Shown in pieces: positions 18,997 to 27,737 of a DNA stretch of 64,000 nt. The DNA lies in IMG/VR virus record IMGVR_UViG_3300037041_001930, one strand, 5' to 3'. The DNA comes from a virus. Taxonomy: Duplodnaviria; Caudoviricetes. The notes beneath the pieces are model-generated. The model saw only the letters and a program-made list of their open reading frames with translations, searched no databases and was not told the origin of the DNA. The position numbers and the translations under genes were made by a program. Numbering within the stretch: position 1 is the first letter of the stretch; every line of letters begins with the position of its first letter.

Positions 18997-19305
18997 TCAA
19001 CTCCTTCGAGTCTTTTTCTTCTTGGCGTGCTCGCGGCGTGCGCGTGCCTTGATAACGCTGCTACGCTCTCTCAGGATCTTGAGCTGGCGGGCCTTCTCGG
19101 CCTCACGTGCCTCCAGGATTCGCTTGCGCCTGAGCGCACGGGCTTTCTCCAAGTGGTCATCACGGCTACCGGGGTGATCCCCGGTGGCCTTCTCATAGGC
19201 CGCACGTTCCTCGGGGGTCAGGATTCCCGGGGCTGCCTTGGGTTTCTCGGTCTCCTCGAGAACTGATGCCGTCGCGGCATCGATGACAGCGCTGAGGTCC
19301 TTCAT
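18997..19305 (-). CDS. Hypothetical basic helical protein
   Basis: 102-aa ORF, Arg/Lys-rich C-terminus, tightly packed with neighbours. Confidence 0.65.
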   Translation of the reverse strand: MKDLSAVIDAATASVLEETEKPKAAPGILTPEERAAYEKATGDHPGSRDDHLEKARALRRKRILEAREAEKARQLKILRERSSVIKARARREHAKKKKTRRS

Positions 19306-19796
19306 GACTTCACCTTCTTAGCCTTCGCCTTCTTCGACTTCGCAGTCTCGACACTGGAGACTTTCTTTTTCTTACTGGCTGCGGGCTGCTGAGATTTCAC
19401 TGTCTTCAACTTTTCCAGGACCTCCTTGGTAGCCATTGTCAGAGTTTTGACGATATCCTGGGTACCCTTGAATGTCGCCACCGCGGTACTCTTCAGGGCA
19501 TCGATGTGGGCCTGGGCAACCATGTTGTCCCCTTTGCGCGTGACCACCCATTGTATCCCCGCGATGGTGAGGCGCTGGGCTTCAGTCTCCACAGAACTGG
19601 CATTACCAGGGATCAGGCTCATGAGGCGTGACTGGGCCTTCAAGTAGAGCTCGCCCACGCCGCGTGGGGTCCTGATGGGGTTGATGGCTATGACTTTAGC
19701 GGTCTGGACGACGACGTTTAACATCGCGTCGATCTCCTTCATACGCTCGTAATGAGCCTGGCTGGCCGGGCTGGGGCATGCGGATTCCGATGACAT
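19302..19796 (-). CDS. Hypothetical protein with Lys-rich tail
   Basis: Start moved to MSSES (ATG 19796) behind SD AGAGGAG. Confidence 0.65.
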   Translation of the reverse strand: MSSESACPSPASQAHYERMKEIDAMLNVVVQTAKVIAINPIRTPRGVGELYLKAQSRLMSLIPGNASSVETEAQRLTIAGIQWVVTRKGDNMVAQAHIDALKSTAVATFKGTQDIVKTLTMATKEVLEKLKTVKSQQPAASKKKKVSSVETAKSKKAKAKKVKS

Positions 19797-19831
19797 ATAG
19801 TCTCCTCTGGGCGTGAGCCCATGTGGGTGGG

Positions 19832-19846
19832 TTGACTGACAGTAAA
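19832..19846. promoter_or_regulatory. TTGAC-N5-GTAAA motif copy (reads on + strand)
   Basis: GTTGACTGACAGTAAAC, identical core to the copy upstream of nrdJ, in the gap between two genes. Confidence 0.6.
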
Positions 19847-19864
19847 CCATGACTCCGTGCGGTG

Positions 19865-20146
19865 TCAAGTCGGTGGGGTGTCCGGGATATCCTTGATGGC
19901 CTGACGGGTGCGCGCGATTCCACCGGTAGCCGCGATAAACAAGTTCTGGATGTAATCCGTGCTCGCGCGTTCCTTGAACTCCTGTGCAGTTATTCCAGGG
20001 GTCCCCCCGAGCTGGGCAAGCGAGTTCCGCAAAGTCAGGGAGACCTGGTGGAGCTCAGCTGCACAGTTGATCACATTCTGAATCTCCGGTGGCAACTTGG
20101 TTGCCTGTGCCGGCTTCGAGGAGTTCAGCATTATCGTGTCCATCAT
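19865..20146 (-). CDS. Hypothetical protein
   Basis: 93-aa helical ORF directly downstream of the GT2-KpsS gene. Confidence 0.6.
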   Translation of the reverse strand: MMDTIMLNSSKPAQATKLPPEIQNVINCAAELHQVSLTLRNSLAQLGGTPGITAQEFKERASTDYIQNLFIAATGGIARTRQAIKDIPDTPPT

Positions 20147-20154
20147 ATAGTCCC

Positions 20155-21900
20155 TTAATCAATTGGTTTGAGCCCGAAGCGTTGGAGAACATCCCCAATG
20201 CTCGATGTACGCTGAACTCTAAGTGCCCAGTACCCGGCGAGAAGACGCTCGCGGTGGCGCCAGGGGTGGACCTGCAGGGGGCACTTCCCCAAGGCGACCA
20301 CGGGCACCCCAATCATGGCGGCCTCGATCAACGAGGTCGAATTGATTCCGACGACGACCTCGCTGACACGGGCGGCGTCATAGAAGTCCTTGACGACCTC
20401 GCGGCCCTCAATGCTGGCCCGTGCTGACCTCCAGGGCCGCTGGGACCCCGACTTGGGATGCGGGCGCACCACGATGTCATGACTCGGGTACATCGCGGCG
20501 ACGTGTTCAACAAACTCGCCCATGTTGCGGTAGGCACAGTGATACAAGATCTGGGAGTCATTCTCGATCTGGAGGGGGACGAGGACTCGCGATTTCTTGG
20601 GTTCCAGGGGATACTTGGCGCGGAGTTCAGAGACCCCCTCGCGGTATGCCTTGAGGTCGGCGTCGGTAACCCAGCCCAGGGGGCGCATGAGCATCGAATC
20701 CCCAGCGAAGCCATCGAGGTCGACGAGGAATGTTGAAGCCTGCGGGGCCACCCCCCACTCGAAGAAGGCATAGGGGATCTTCATGGCCTCACAGAGCGCC
20801 TTGGCGTTGCGACCATTGTGCTGGGCGCCATTCCAGATCACGACGAAGGCGGCCCTCTTGAGATCCCCGGCGACCTTGAAGAACTCGGTGTCGATGCCAA
20901 TGAAGGCGTAGGGGCGCCCCAGGGACTCCGCCCAGCGCTTCACGAAGCCCTGGCACTCGCTGCCATTCCAGCCAATGTAAACAATGGCGCCGTCATCGGC
21001 ACGGCGACCCGGGGCCTCCTCGGGCTCACATTCGCCCTGGGGGACCTCGTGGAGGCTCTCCTTGCCCGGCCAGGGATCAATGGGGGCCAAGACGGCATCG
21101 GAGGCCCTGACCTCGTAACCCATGGTGGCCCTGGTGTACACCGAGGTGAGCTCGCGTTCCAAGCGATCCGCCCACTTCGAGGGGGTCACAATCATGGTGG
21201 CACGGGTGACCCGGGCATGAAGCACGGCGACCCCGGCGTGGTGGAGGTAGAACCTCTGCGGCGACATCCAGGGACTCAGGGGTTCCTCGACGAACCCTGT
21301 GGGATTCCTGCCGAGCTCACGGTTGAGATGGTTGACCTGAAAGGGGAACTCGGCGATGACGCGCTGGGCAAAAATGACGTCATGGTTACGCATGACACCC
21401 TGGGGATACGTGATGCCCGCGTCTACAATGGCGGCGCGGCGGAAGAACGCGGCGTTATACCTCAGCGGGAACTTGCCCTCCAGGGACTGCCGGGTCACCG
21501 AATAATCGCCCCAGACCACGGAGTTGCGGACCACGGCTTCACTCGCCTTGAGCTCATGGGTCCACAACACGATGTCAGGAGACTTCTCGGCTTCCTGTTC
21601 GAGGACTGCGATACGGACTTCTTCGGAGAAATCCCTGTCGCCGTGGACCAAGATGAAGTCAGCTCTTGAGCGTGCGATGAGGAAGTTGAGGGCGGCACCG
21701 GGGCCAATGCGGTACGCACTCGTGAAGACCTCAATCCTGGAGTCAATCCCGCGTTCCTCCTCGATGAGCTCAGCGGTCTCCGCTGTGGCGGCATCACTGA
21801 ACACTAGGACGCGGTTGACCCCGCGAATCTTGAGGATGTTCTGGAGGGTGGCCTCGATGTGGGAGTTGTCATGGGTGACTAAGACGACGTCAGTGGTCAT
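20155..21900 (-). CDS. GT2 glycosyltransferase fused to a KpsS/KpsC-like (Capsule_synth) domain
   Basis: N-terminal GT-A pattern VVLVTHD...GPGAALN...ADFILVHGDRD. C-terminal FFEWG, LVPLQIENDSQI, VVRPHP, VVVGINSTSLIEAAMIGVPVVALG. Confidence 0.82.
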   Translation of the reverse strand: MTTDVVLVTHDNSHIEATLQNILKIRGVNRVLVFSDAATAETAELIEEERGIDSRIEVFTSAYRIGPGAALNFLIARSRADFILVHGDRDFSEEVRIAVLEQEAEKSPDIVLWTHELKASEAVVRNSVVWGDYSVTRQSLEGKFPLRYNAAFFRRAAIVDAGITYPQGVMRNHDVIFAQRVIAEFPFQVNHLNRELGRNPTGFVEEPLSPWMSPQRFYLHHAGVAVLHARVTRATMIVTPSKWADRLERELTSVYTRATMGYEVRASDAVLAPIDPWPGKESLHEVPQGECEPEEAPGRRADDGAIVYIGWNGSECQGFVKRWAESLGRPYAFIGIDTEFFKVAGDLKRAAFVVIWNGAQHNGRNAKALCEAMKIPYAFFEWGVAPQASTFLVDLDGFAGDSMLMRPLGWVTDADLKAYREGVSELRAKYPLEPKKSRVLVPLQIENDSQILYHCAYRNMGEFVEHVAAMYPSHDIVVRPHPKSGSQRPWRSARASIEGREVVKDFYDAARVSEVVVGINSTSLIEAAMIGVPVVALGKCPLQVHPWRHRERLLAGYWALRVQRTSSIGDVLQRFGLKPID

Positions 21901-22742
21901 ATCAGGCCTCCGACACCGTAGTCGATGGCAGCGAAGTTAATCTCCCCTCGTGGCGCCGTGGTATCGATGCCGAGGCCATGCCAGATCTCAGTGGTGACCT
22001 CGAAGGTGCCCTTGTCACCCATGGTGATCCGTGGCCATACCGCATCAGCGATGACGACGTGGTGACCACAGAAGCCCCCGCGGAGCACACATGTCTTATG
22101 GGGCAACGCGGAGGCCTTAGGAGCCCCGACGACAACCCTGGCGCCGACGTCACGCGCCAGCAGGGGATTCGCGGACAGCCTGGCCTTAATGGCAGCGCTG
22201 AGCAGCCATGCCTCGGGGTACACGACGAGATCACATGCGGAGACCATCACCGAGGTGACCTGCTCACCTGGCTTACTGGCATCGAGAAGGGTGGCACGCG
22301 AGATCACGGAGTCGAGAACCCCGAGCACCCTGGTGTCCACTGCGAATGCAAGAGGAGTGAGGATATCACGGGTGTACCAGTCCCAGAAGGATTCACCTGT
22401 CTTCAGGAGATCCGCGATTGATGACTTCGCGGTCACCGGGGTGCGCAGGATCGAGAACTTTACATCTCCCTTTACACCGGGTTCGACGACATTGGCGACG
22501 AGGACGTCCTTGGGGTTCGCGGCGAAGTGTGCCCTGGCAGCGTCGACATTGGCAGCAGGGGCATCCAGGGCGACACCGAAGACCTCGGCGAGGCTGCGGC
22601 GTGTCGGGGGCCACCACTTCATCGTGGTCGCCACGTTCTCCAACCACTCCAGGGTCCAGACCCCGAGGATGGCGTTGAATGCCACGGGGTCGGACTTCAC
22701 GGAGTCCAGGAGACCAACAGGGGATCCAGTGAATGGAGTCAT
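21897..22742 (-). CDS. Hypothetical protein, possible degenerate HK97-fold capsid paralogue
   Basis: 281 aa. The spine-helix-like SIADLLKTG..FWDWY...LAFAVDTRVLGVLD and the C-terminal G....EIWHGLGI recall large-phage capsid proteins (pattern only). Confidence 0.45.
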   Translation of the reverse strand: MTPFTGSPVGLLDSVKSDPVAFNAILGVWTLEWLENVATTMKWWPPTRRSLAEVFGVALDAPAANVDAARAHFAANPKDVLVANVVEPGVKGDVKFSILRTPVTAKSSIADLLKTGESFWDWYTRDILTPLAFAVDTRVLGVLDSVISRATLLDASKPGEQVTSVMVSACDLVVYPEAWLLSAAIKARLSANPLLARDVGARVVVGAPKASALPHKTCVLRGGFCGHHVVIADAVWPRITMGDKGTFEVTTEIWHGLGIDTTAPRGEINFAAIDYGVGGLI

Positions 22743-24106
22743 GAGTTCCTCGTCAAACGGAGACCACGGAAGGCGTCAGCGAAATCGATGACGCATGTAT
22801 AACTCAGGGTGACTTCAAGAATGCCGGATTTCGCTGCCTTTGTCTTCTCAGCCTTGGCTACCTTGAGTTCCTTTTCCTCAGCGCAGGCACGAACAAGGGC
22901 CTCCTCGAGCTCAAGAGACTTGTCACTCCTGGCCTGGGCGACCTCAGTGGCGAACTCGGGAAGCACGGGTTCCTGAGGTGTCTTCAAGAAGTCCTCAAGG
23001 GCCTGCTTGGCTGTTGCCGCCTTGATCACGGCGGCGCTATGGGCTTTCGTGGCCTCGTCGGCCGCAATCTTCCCGATGTCCTTGATGCGGATGCCATAGG
23101 CCCAGTGGTCTTCCTTGAACACACCGCCAGGACGCTTGAACACCGCGATGCCATGTGGCAGCGGTGTCGGGTCTTCCACGGCGACCTGGGCTGCCTTGAG
23201 ATCTCCGATGACTTCACCATTGGCGAGACCAATGGCAGCGTACATCTTGGAGTCCATGAGCACGGCATCGTTATCCAGGGTCAGCCTGACGAGAACATCG
23301 TGCTCGGGCCTCGTGGTGTCCACAAAGATGGTGTGGCCATCCAACGCGATATCCAGGTAATCCGCGATGCCCCTGCAGAGATGGTTGGCGAACCATTGCC
23401 GGAATGTCACACCTTGATTCGCGATATCACCGAGATCGACGACAGCCTTGACCACGAATATCTTGGCAGTCCCGTTCTCAGCGATGCCCTCGTGGCCATC
23501 GATGAAGTCGTGACGGAGCCCGGAGAGCTCAGGGATCACGGTGCCCTGGATCTCGGGTTTCCAGAGGCGTTGAAGACAAGAGTTCTCGAGCATCCACCAC
23601 GCCGCGAACTCCCTGCAGGTCTGGAACCCCATGAGGGCGTCCTCGAGGACCGCGGCGTAGAACGCAGCATTGAGCTCCCGGGCACGCTCGGGCCCCGGAC
23701 TCGCGAGTTCCACTGGTGGTACGTACCTCGGGGGTGCCGAGAGCGAATCGATATGAGCACCAATGGTCTTCCAATCCGGGGCTGCCACGATGCCGTCGAG
23801 CTCGGGATCCTTGATGTAATTCACTGAGTTGTTTAATACGAGGTTGCCATTGGGGAGCCGAGTCATCAGGATCTTGCCGGCATTGGCACGCGCCGCCGCA
23901 ATGGCCTGCCTGAGCTCCATGGTCATCGGGAGACCATCGGGCAACGAAGCCGGGTCAACGATCTGGGCCTTGTCGACGACATGAAGCCCTTTGGCCGCGA
24001 TGTGATTCTGTCGCCATTGCCCCAGGATCTCATCCCGTTTGTGGGCAAACGAGGATCCCAAGTTGATCTCAAAACCGCCTGAGACCATGTCGCCTTCGCG
24101 CAGCAT
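22739..24106 (-). CDS. Hypothetical protein, possible degenerate HK97-fold capsid paralogue with coiled-coil insertion
   Basis: 455 aa. VDLGDIANQGVTFRQWFANHLCRGIADYLD aligns by eye with the neighbouring 281-aa protein. Ala/Glu/Lys-rich helical insert near the C-terminus. Confidence 0.45.
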   Translation of the reverse strand: MLREGDMVSGGFEINLGSSFAHKRDEILGQWRQNHIAAKGLHVVDKAQIVDPASLPDGLPMTMELRQAIAAARANAGKILMTRLPNGNLVLNNSVNYIKDPELDGIVAAPDWKTIGAHIDSLSAPPRYVPPVELASPGPERARELNAAFYAAVLEDALMGFQTCREFAAWWMLENSCLQRLWKPEIQGTVIPELSGLRHDFIDGHEGIAENGTAKIFVVKAVVDLGDIANQGVTFRQWFANHLCRGIADYLDIALDGHTIFVDTTRPEHDVLVRLTLDNDAVLMDSKMYAAIGLANGEVIGDLKAAQVAVEDPTPLPHGIAVFKRPGGVFKEDHWAYGIRIKDIGKIAADEATKAHSAAVIKAATAKQALEDFLKTPQEPVLPEFATEVAQARSDKSLELEEALVRACAEEKELKVAKAEKTKAAKSGILEVTLSYTCVIDFADAFRGLRLTRNS

Positions 24107-24146
24107 AAACTCTCCTGGTTGGGGTGTGCCCTTACTGTGACCAGGG

Positions 24147-24161
24147 TTTACTGTGCGTCAA
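24147..24161 (-). promoter_or_regulatory. TTGAC-N5-GTAAA motif copy
   Basis: Minus strand TTGACGCACAGTAAAC, upstream of the 22739-24106 gene. Confidence 0.65.
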
Positions 24162-24173
24162 GTCTGCTGGGGG

Positions 24174-25115
24174 TCAGCCTTCTTCATCGGAGTCTTCGGA
24201 TTCGCCCTTACCCATCGTCTTGTATAACAAGGCGGCGAGGAGAGCTGCGGCGCCGCCACCAATGGCGATCTTGCCCCAGGGCAGCCCGGGTTCATCTGGC
24301 TTCGGTTTCCCGATGACATTGGAGACCCCGGTGATCGCGGCATCGCGGACACCACGATACGGGGCGCCACCCCATGAGGGTGCATTGGGATCCCCTGGCT
24401 TCGATGACAACTTGTCGCCAGTGGTCTGCAGAGCATTGAGAGCTGGAGTCGACGCGAGACCTGCGGCACCTGCGATGACTGCATTGCGATCCGCGGAGCG
24501 TTCTTTGCCAGGGGCCTGGTTGGCCTTGATGGCATCCACGGTCTGCTGACCAGTGTCCACTAGGGACTGGGCCTGTTCGATGGGGGCTGTCTTCGCTTTA
24601 AGCGCGGCCTCATTGGCGGCGTGATCCGCGACTGCCTTGGCATCGATCATGGGATCCTTGCCCTGGGCCTTCCCGGCGTCCCATACCAAGTCGTGCTGCT
24701 GTTTGTTTCTTTGTGCCACCGGGGTCGCCAGGGCTGCGGCGTATTCAGGACTGTACTTGATGCCGTTGGCATCAAGGGCAGCCAGAGATTTGTCGTGGAC
24801 ATCTTGCTCGGGGAGAACATCCTTGGGGGACTTGATGCCTGCCCTGCCGAGTTCGACTTTAAGATTGTCTTTGGCACCCCGGAGGAACCTCTGGGGCTGC
24901 TTGAGTGCGCGACCTCGGTTGAACGCACTTGCGGCCCCCATGACACCCTGAGTACCCAGGGCAGTGATCGCCGCTGAGTTGGCTTCGTCATTGGTGGCCC
25001 CGGCGACCTGATTGGCGCCATAGGCGAGCCCCGTAGGAGCCAAGGTGCGGAGAGCCTTGCCGCCAAGGCTAGGAAACTGGGCTTGGGTCCACCACTTCGG
25101 TACTGGGTTTGGCAT
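24174..25115 (-). CDS. Ala/Gly-rich protein with hydrophobic helices and acidic tail, probable internal virion protein
   Basis: Start at MPNPVP (25115) behind SD GGAGG. C-terminus PWGKIAIGGGAAALLAALLYK...GESEDSDEEG. Confidence 0.7.
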   Translation of the reverse strand: MPNPVPKWWTQAQFPSLGGKALRTLAPTGLAYGANQVAGATNDEANSAAITALGTQGVMGAASAFNRGRALKQPQRFLRGAKDNLKVELGRAGIKSPKDVLPEQDVHDKSLAALDANGIKYSPEYAAALATPVAQRNKQQHDLVWDAGKAQGKDPMIDAKAVADHAANEAALKAKTAPIEQAQSLVDTGQQTVDAIKANQAPGKERSADRNAVIAGAAGLASTPALNALQTTGDKLSSKPGDPNAPSWGGAPYRGVRDAAITGVSNVIGKPKPDEPGLPWGKIAIGGGAAALLAALLYKTMGKGESEDSDEEG

Positions 25116-25749
25116 GACGTGTCCTCCTGCTCCTGAGTCGGCGACCATCGGGTCGGTAAAATCTCAGGATATGATAGACGCGCCCCGAGGATAGCCCTGA
25201 GGCCTGGGCGACCTTCCTGAGACTCTTGAGATCCGCGTAGAGGGTGTGCACTGCTTTGATGTCCTCGGCTTCACCAGGAAGCAGCGCCGGCCTCTTGAGG
25301 CCAAACTTCTGGGCGACATAGAAGATGGTCGCGGGTGCCTTCCCCAGCTTCTCGGCGATGTCAGACAAACGGTCTCCAGCGTCGAGACGTTCTTGCATCC
25401 ACTTCAGGATCCCGGGATCCATGTTCCGTTTCGTGAACGCATACTTGGCGTGGAACCCAGGACCATGCTTGTAATACGCGGCGCGAACACTGGAGAGCTT
25501 GTGAGCCGTGCGCACCGAGATGACCTCGAGGTCCTGAGTCTTCGCGAACTCGGCTGCCCATTCATCTGGGGACATCGGCTTGGGGCGCGGACGCTTGGGT
25601 TTCGAGGGCTTCGATCTCCGGAGATCGCTGGGCAACGGCGCCGGCTTCGAGAGGTCAATGAACCCCTTGGGGATCTCTGAGAAGGCAACCACAGGGGCGT
25701 ATCGGATCCTGTCGCCCTGCGGACTCGGTCTTCCGATATCAATGGTCAT
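25069..25749 (-). CDS. Tandem helix-turn-helix DNA-binding protein
   Basis: Two HTH-like segments: RLSDIAEKLGKAPATIFYVAQKFGL and SLRKVAQASGLSSGRVYHILR. Confidence 0.75.
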   Translation of the reverse strand: MTIDIGRPSPQGDRIRYAPVVAFSEIPKGFIDLSKPAPLPSDLRRSKPSKPKRPRPKPMSPDEWAAEFAKTQDLEVISVRTAHKLSSVRAAYYKHGPGFHAKYAFTKRNMDPGILKWMQERLDAGDRLSDIAEKLGKAPATIFYVAQKFGLKRPALLPGEAEDIKAVHTLYADLKSLRKVAQASGLSSGRVYHILRFYRPDGRRLRSRRTRHAKPSTEVVDPSPVS

Positions 25750-25750
25750 C

Positions 25751-26059
25751 TCACCACTTCCCCAGTGGGCACTTGGATTCCGGGATCATGGTGAACTTGC
25801 TGACAAAGCAGTTGCACTTGGCACAGCGGCGGGCCCTGACTGGCGCTGCCACCGGTGATGACTCCACGCACTCCGAGCATTTGGCTAGGCGGATCAAGAT
25901 GGTGCCTTGATCCGCGTGTCCTGGCCGCGGGGGTAGCGACTGCTGCTGCTGCTGGGGTAGTGGAGGTGCCACCACAGAACTCACGGCGAGGACCGCCTTG
26001 GTGATCGGACCCGCGTTAGACGGATTCTGGCCCCACGGGGGCTGTGTTGTCGCCGGCAT
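25751..26059 (-). CDS. CPLGKW-family Cys-rich small protein
   Basis: RLAKCSEC...RCAKCNCFV...SKCPLGKW at the C-terminus. Confidence 0.75.
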   Translation of the reverse strand: MPATTQPPWGQNPSNAGPITKAVLAVSSVVAPPLPQQQQQSLPPRPGHADQGTILIRLAKCSECVESSPVAAPVRARRCAKCNCFVSKFTMIPESKCPLGKW

Positions 26060-26082
26060 TAGTGTTACCTCGTAATGGGGGT

Positions 26083-26478
26083 TTAATCTTTTGGATGCGC
26101 GCCTGTGAGCTCAGGAGGCCTTGGATTCTTGATGTCGTTATCTGCGATGACATCTGGGTTCTGGGGTTTCTGCAGGACTCGCGAGCAGAGTCCCGGCGGT
26201 GTCGGCAGTATGCTCTTCTGCGTTTCCCGGAGAACCCGAGATTCTTCCTCAGATAGTGTGCGCGGTTTTGTCTTCTCCGCGCTCTCGAGATACCGCGTGT
26301 AGTCCTCAGTGGTCTCGATAGCCCTGAGCATGGGGTACACGACGCCGATCTCACGCCCGGACTTGATGCCATCTCCAATGGCCTGCCTGGCCAGGATCAG
26401 AAGCATCTGGAGCTCCTTGAACGTCGGGGCACGAGGAGGGGTCATCTTTGGCATCTCAGGGGGAGGTGTGGGTGTCAT
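26083..26478 (-). CDS. Hypothetical protein
   Basis: 131-aa ORF, Pro-rich ends, preceded by a motif copy. Confidence 0.6.
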   Translation of the reverse strand: MTPTPPPEMPKMTPPRAPTFKELQMLLILARQAIGDGIKSGREIGVVYPMLRAIETTEDYTRYLESAEKTKPRTLSEEESRVLRETQKSILPTPPGLCSRVLQKPQNPDVIADNDIKNPRPPELTGAHPKD

Positions 26479-26497
26479 GGCTGCAAGGATGCCGGGG

Positions 26498-26512
26498 TTT
26501 ACTGGGGGTCAA
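26498..26512 (-). promoter_or_regulatory. TTGAC-N5-GTAAA motif copy
   Basis: Minus strand TTGACCCCCAGTAAAC, 20 bp upstream of the 26478 start codon. Confidence 0.65.
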
Positions 26513-26541
26513 GATGCGGGTGGTGCGTGAAACGTGTACAT

Positions 26542-26841
26542 CTACCACTTACCAAGTGGACACTTAAAAACTCTAACTCCGACGAACTTAGCAATAAAGT
26601 CACCAGCGGACTCAGCGCACTGCCTCTCCCGTGCAGGGGAATTGCTTGGGGACGACTGCATGCAGTCATGACAGATTTCCAGCCTACTCTGCACAGTTAT
26701 GCGGTCAGCCACATTGCTGACATGGAGGGGGCCATCGACACCGACAGAGGGGTCGTCTGGGGAGTTGGGGGGTGGTGCCCCCAAGACCACCAGTGCATGC
26801 CAAATCGTACCGAAGTTACTCTGTGGCTGATGTGGTGTCAT
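26542..26841 (-). CDS. CPLGKW-family protein, second paralogue
   Basis: RLEICHDC...RQCAES...FKCPLGKW. Start at 26841 gives an ATGA overlap with the upstream gene. Confidence 0.7.
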   Translation of the reverse strand: MTPHQPQSNFGTIWHALVVLGAPPPNSPDDPSVGVDGPLHVSNVADRITVQSRLEICHDCMQSSPSNSPARERQCAESAGDFIAKFVGVRVFKCPLGKW

Positions 26842-27737
26842 GGTGGAATACATGTCGACGTAAAGTTCCATGCGGTCCCCGAACCACCCTCGCAGTTCGG
26901 TATTACGATTATGCGAATTACACGTGATCCCGTGGGCACCAACGCATTAAAGGTGACACCAGTGATACCCACGCACCCGGTATCAAATAGGACCGTGCCT
27001 GTGGCAGCGGCTACAGTGGGTGAGCGTGGATTCGTTGGGTTCGAGGTCACGATAATACGATCCTTTTGCGTATATGTCGTGATCACGAATCTGATGGTTG
27101 TGCCTGCTGCGGGGGCACCCCAGTCTCTGCAGTAGCCTTCATCACCACCAGCGGCACTCAAGACGAGATCGCACAGCGGAGACACGCAGACACCACATGC
27201 AATCGTGTTGATATCAAATGGAATAGTTGTCTCGGGCCCACCCCCAAACGCGGAATCGCCCATAATTCTATTCATAATGGGGTGCCCGTCTCCCTGGGCC
27301 TCGCAGACCTGAAACAACGTCATAGACCCTATGTTACCAACATTACTCCAATTGATGCTATCTAGGATAATATGGTAAGCAGAGAACTCAGCGATTACAG
27401 GAATGTTCGGCGAGAAATGAAGCTGAGTATTAACTCCTCCAGCGATGAAGTCTGTCATCGCTGGAGTCGGTGGCAGCGCCGCTGGGAACTCACATTGCGC
27501 CTTCGTGAATGAGGAGAACCTCTCGGGGATAATGAGCTGCCCTGCGTAACCACCACCACTACCTAGCGTCAGCCATACCGGGTTCCCCAGGTTATTCTTG
27601 ATCAGTCTGCCGTTTACCTTGATTACGAAGGAGTGCGTTAGAAGACCAAGATCATCTGCGATCCAGATGCCGAGATCCCCTGTAGGGCAGGGTACCAGGG
27701 GGTTACAACACGAACACGTCGTAGGCCACTTGATCAT
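26838..27737 (-). CDS. Cys-rich putative virion protein
   Basis: 299 aa with N-terminal CSCCNPLVPC and a C-terminal beta domain (YTQKDRIIV...DTGCVG...IVIPNC...TAWNF). Confidence 0.65.
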   Translation of the reverse strand: MIKWPTTCSCCNPLVPCPTGDLGIWIADDLGLLTHSFVIKVNGRLIKNNLGNPVWLTLGSGGGYAGQLIIPERFSSFTKAQCEFPAALPPTPAMTDFIAGGVNTQLHFSPNIPVIAEFSAYHIILDSINWSNVGNIGSMTLFQVCEAQGDGHPIMNRIMGDSAFGGGPETTIPFDINTIACGVCVSPLCDLVLSAAGGDEGYCRDWGAPAAGTTIRFVITTYTQKDRIIVTSNPTNPRSPTVAAATGTVLFDTGCVGITGVTFNALVPTGSRVIRIIVIPNCEGGSGTAWNFTSTCIPP

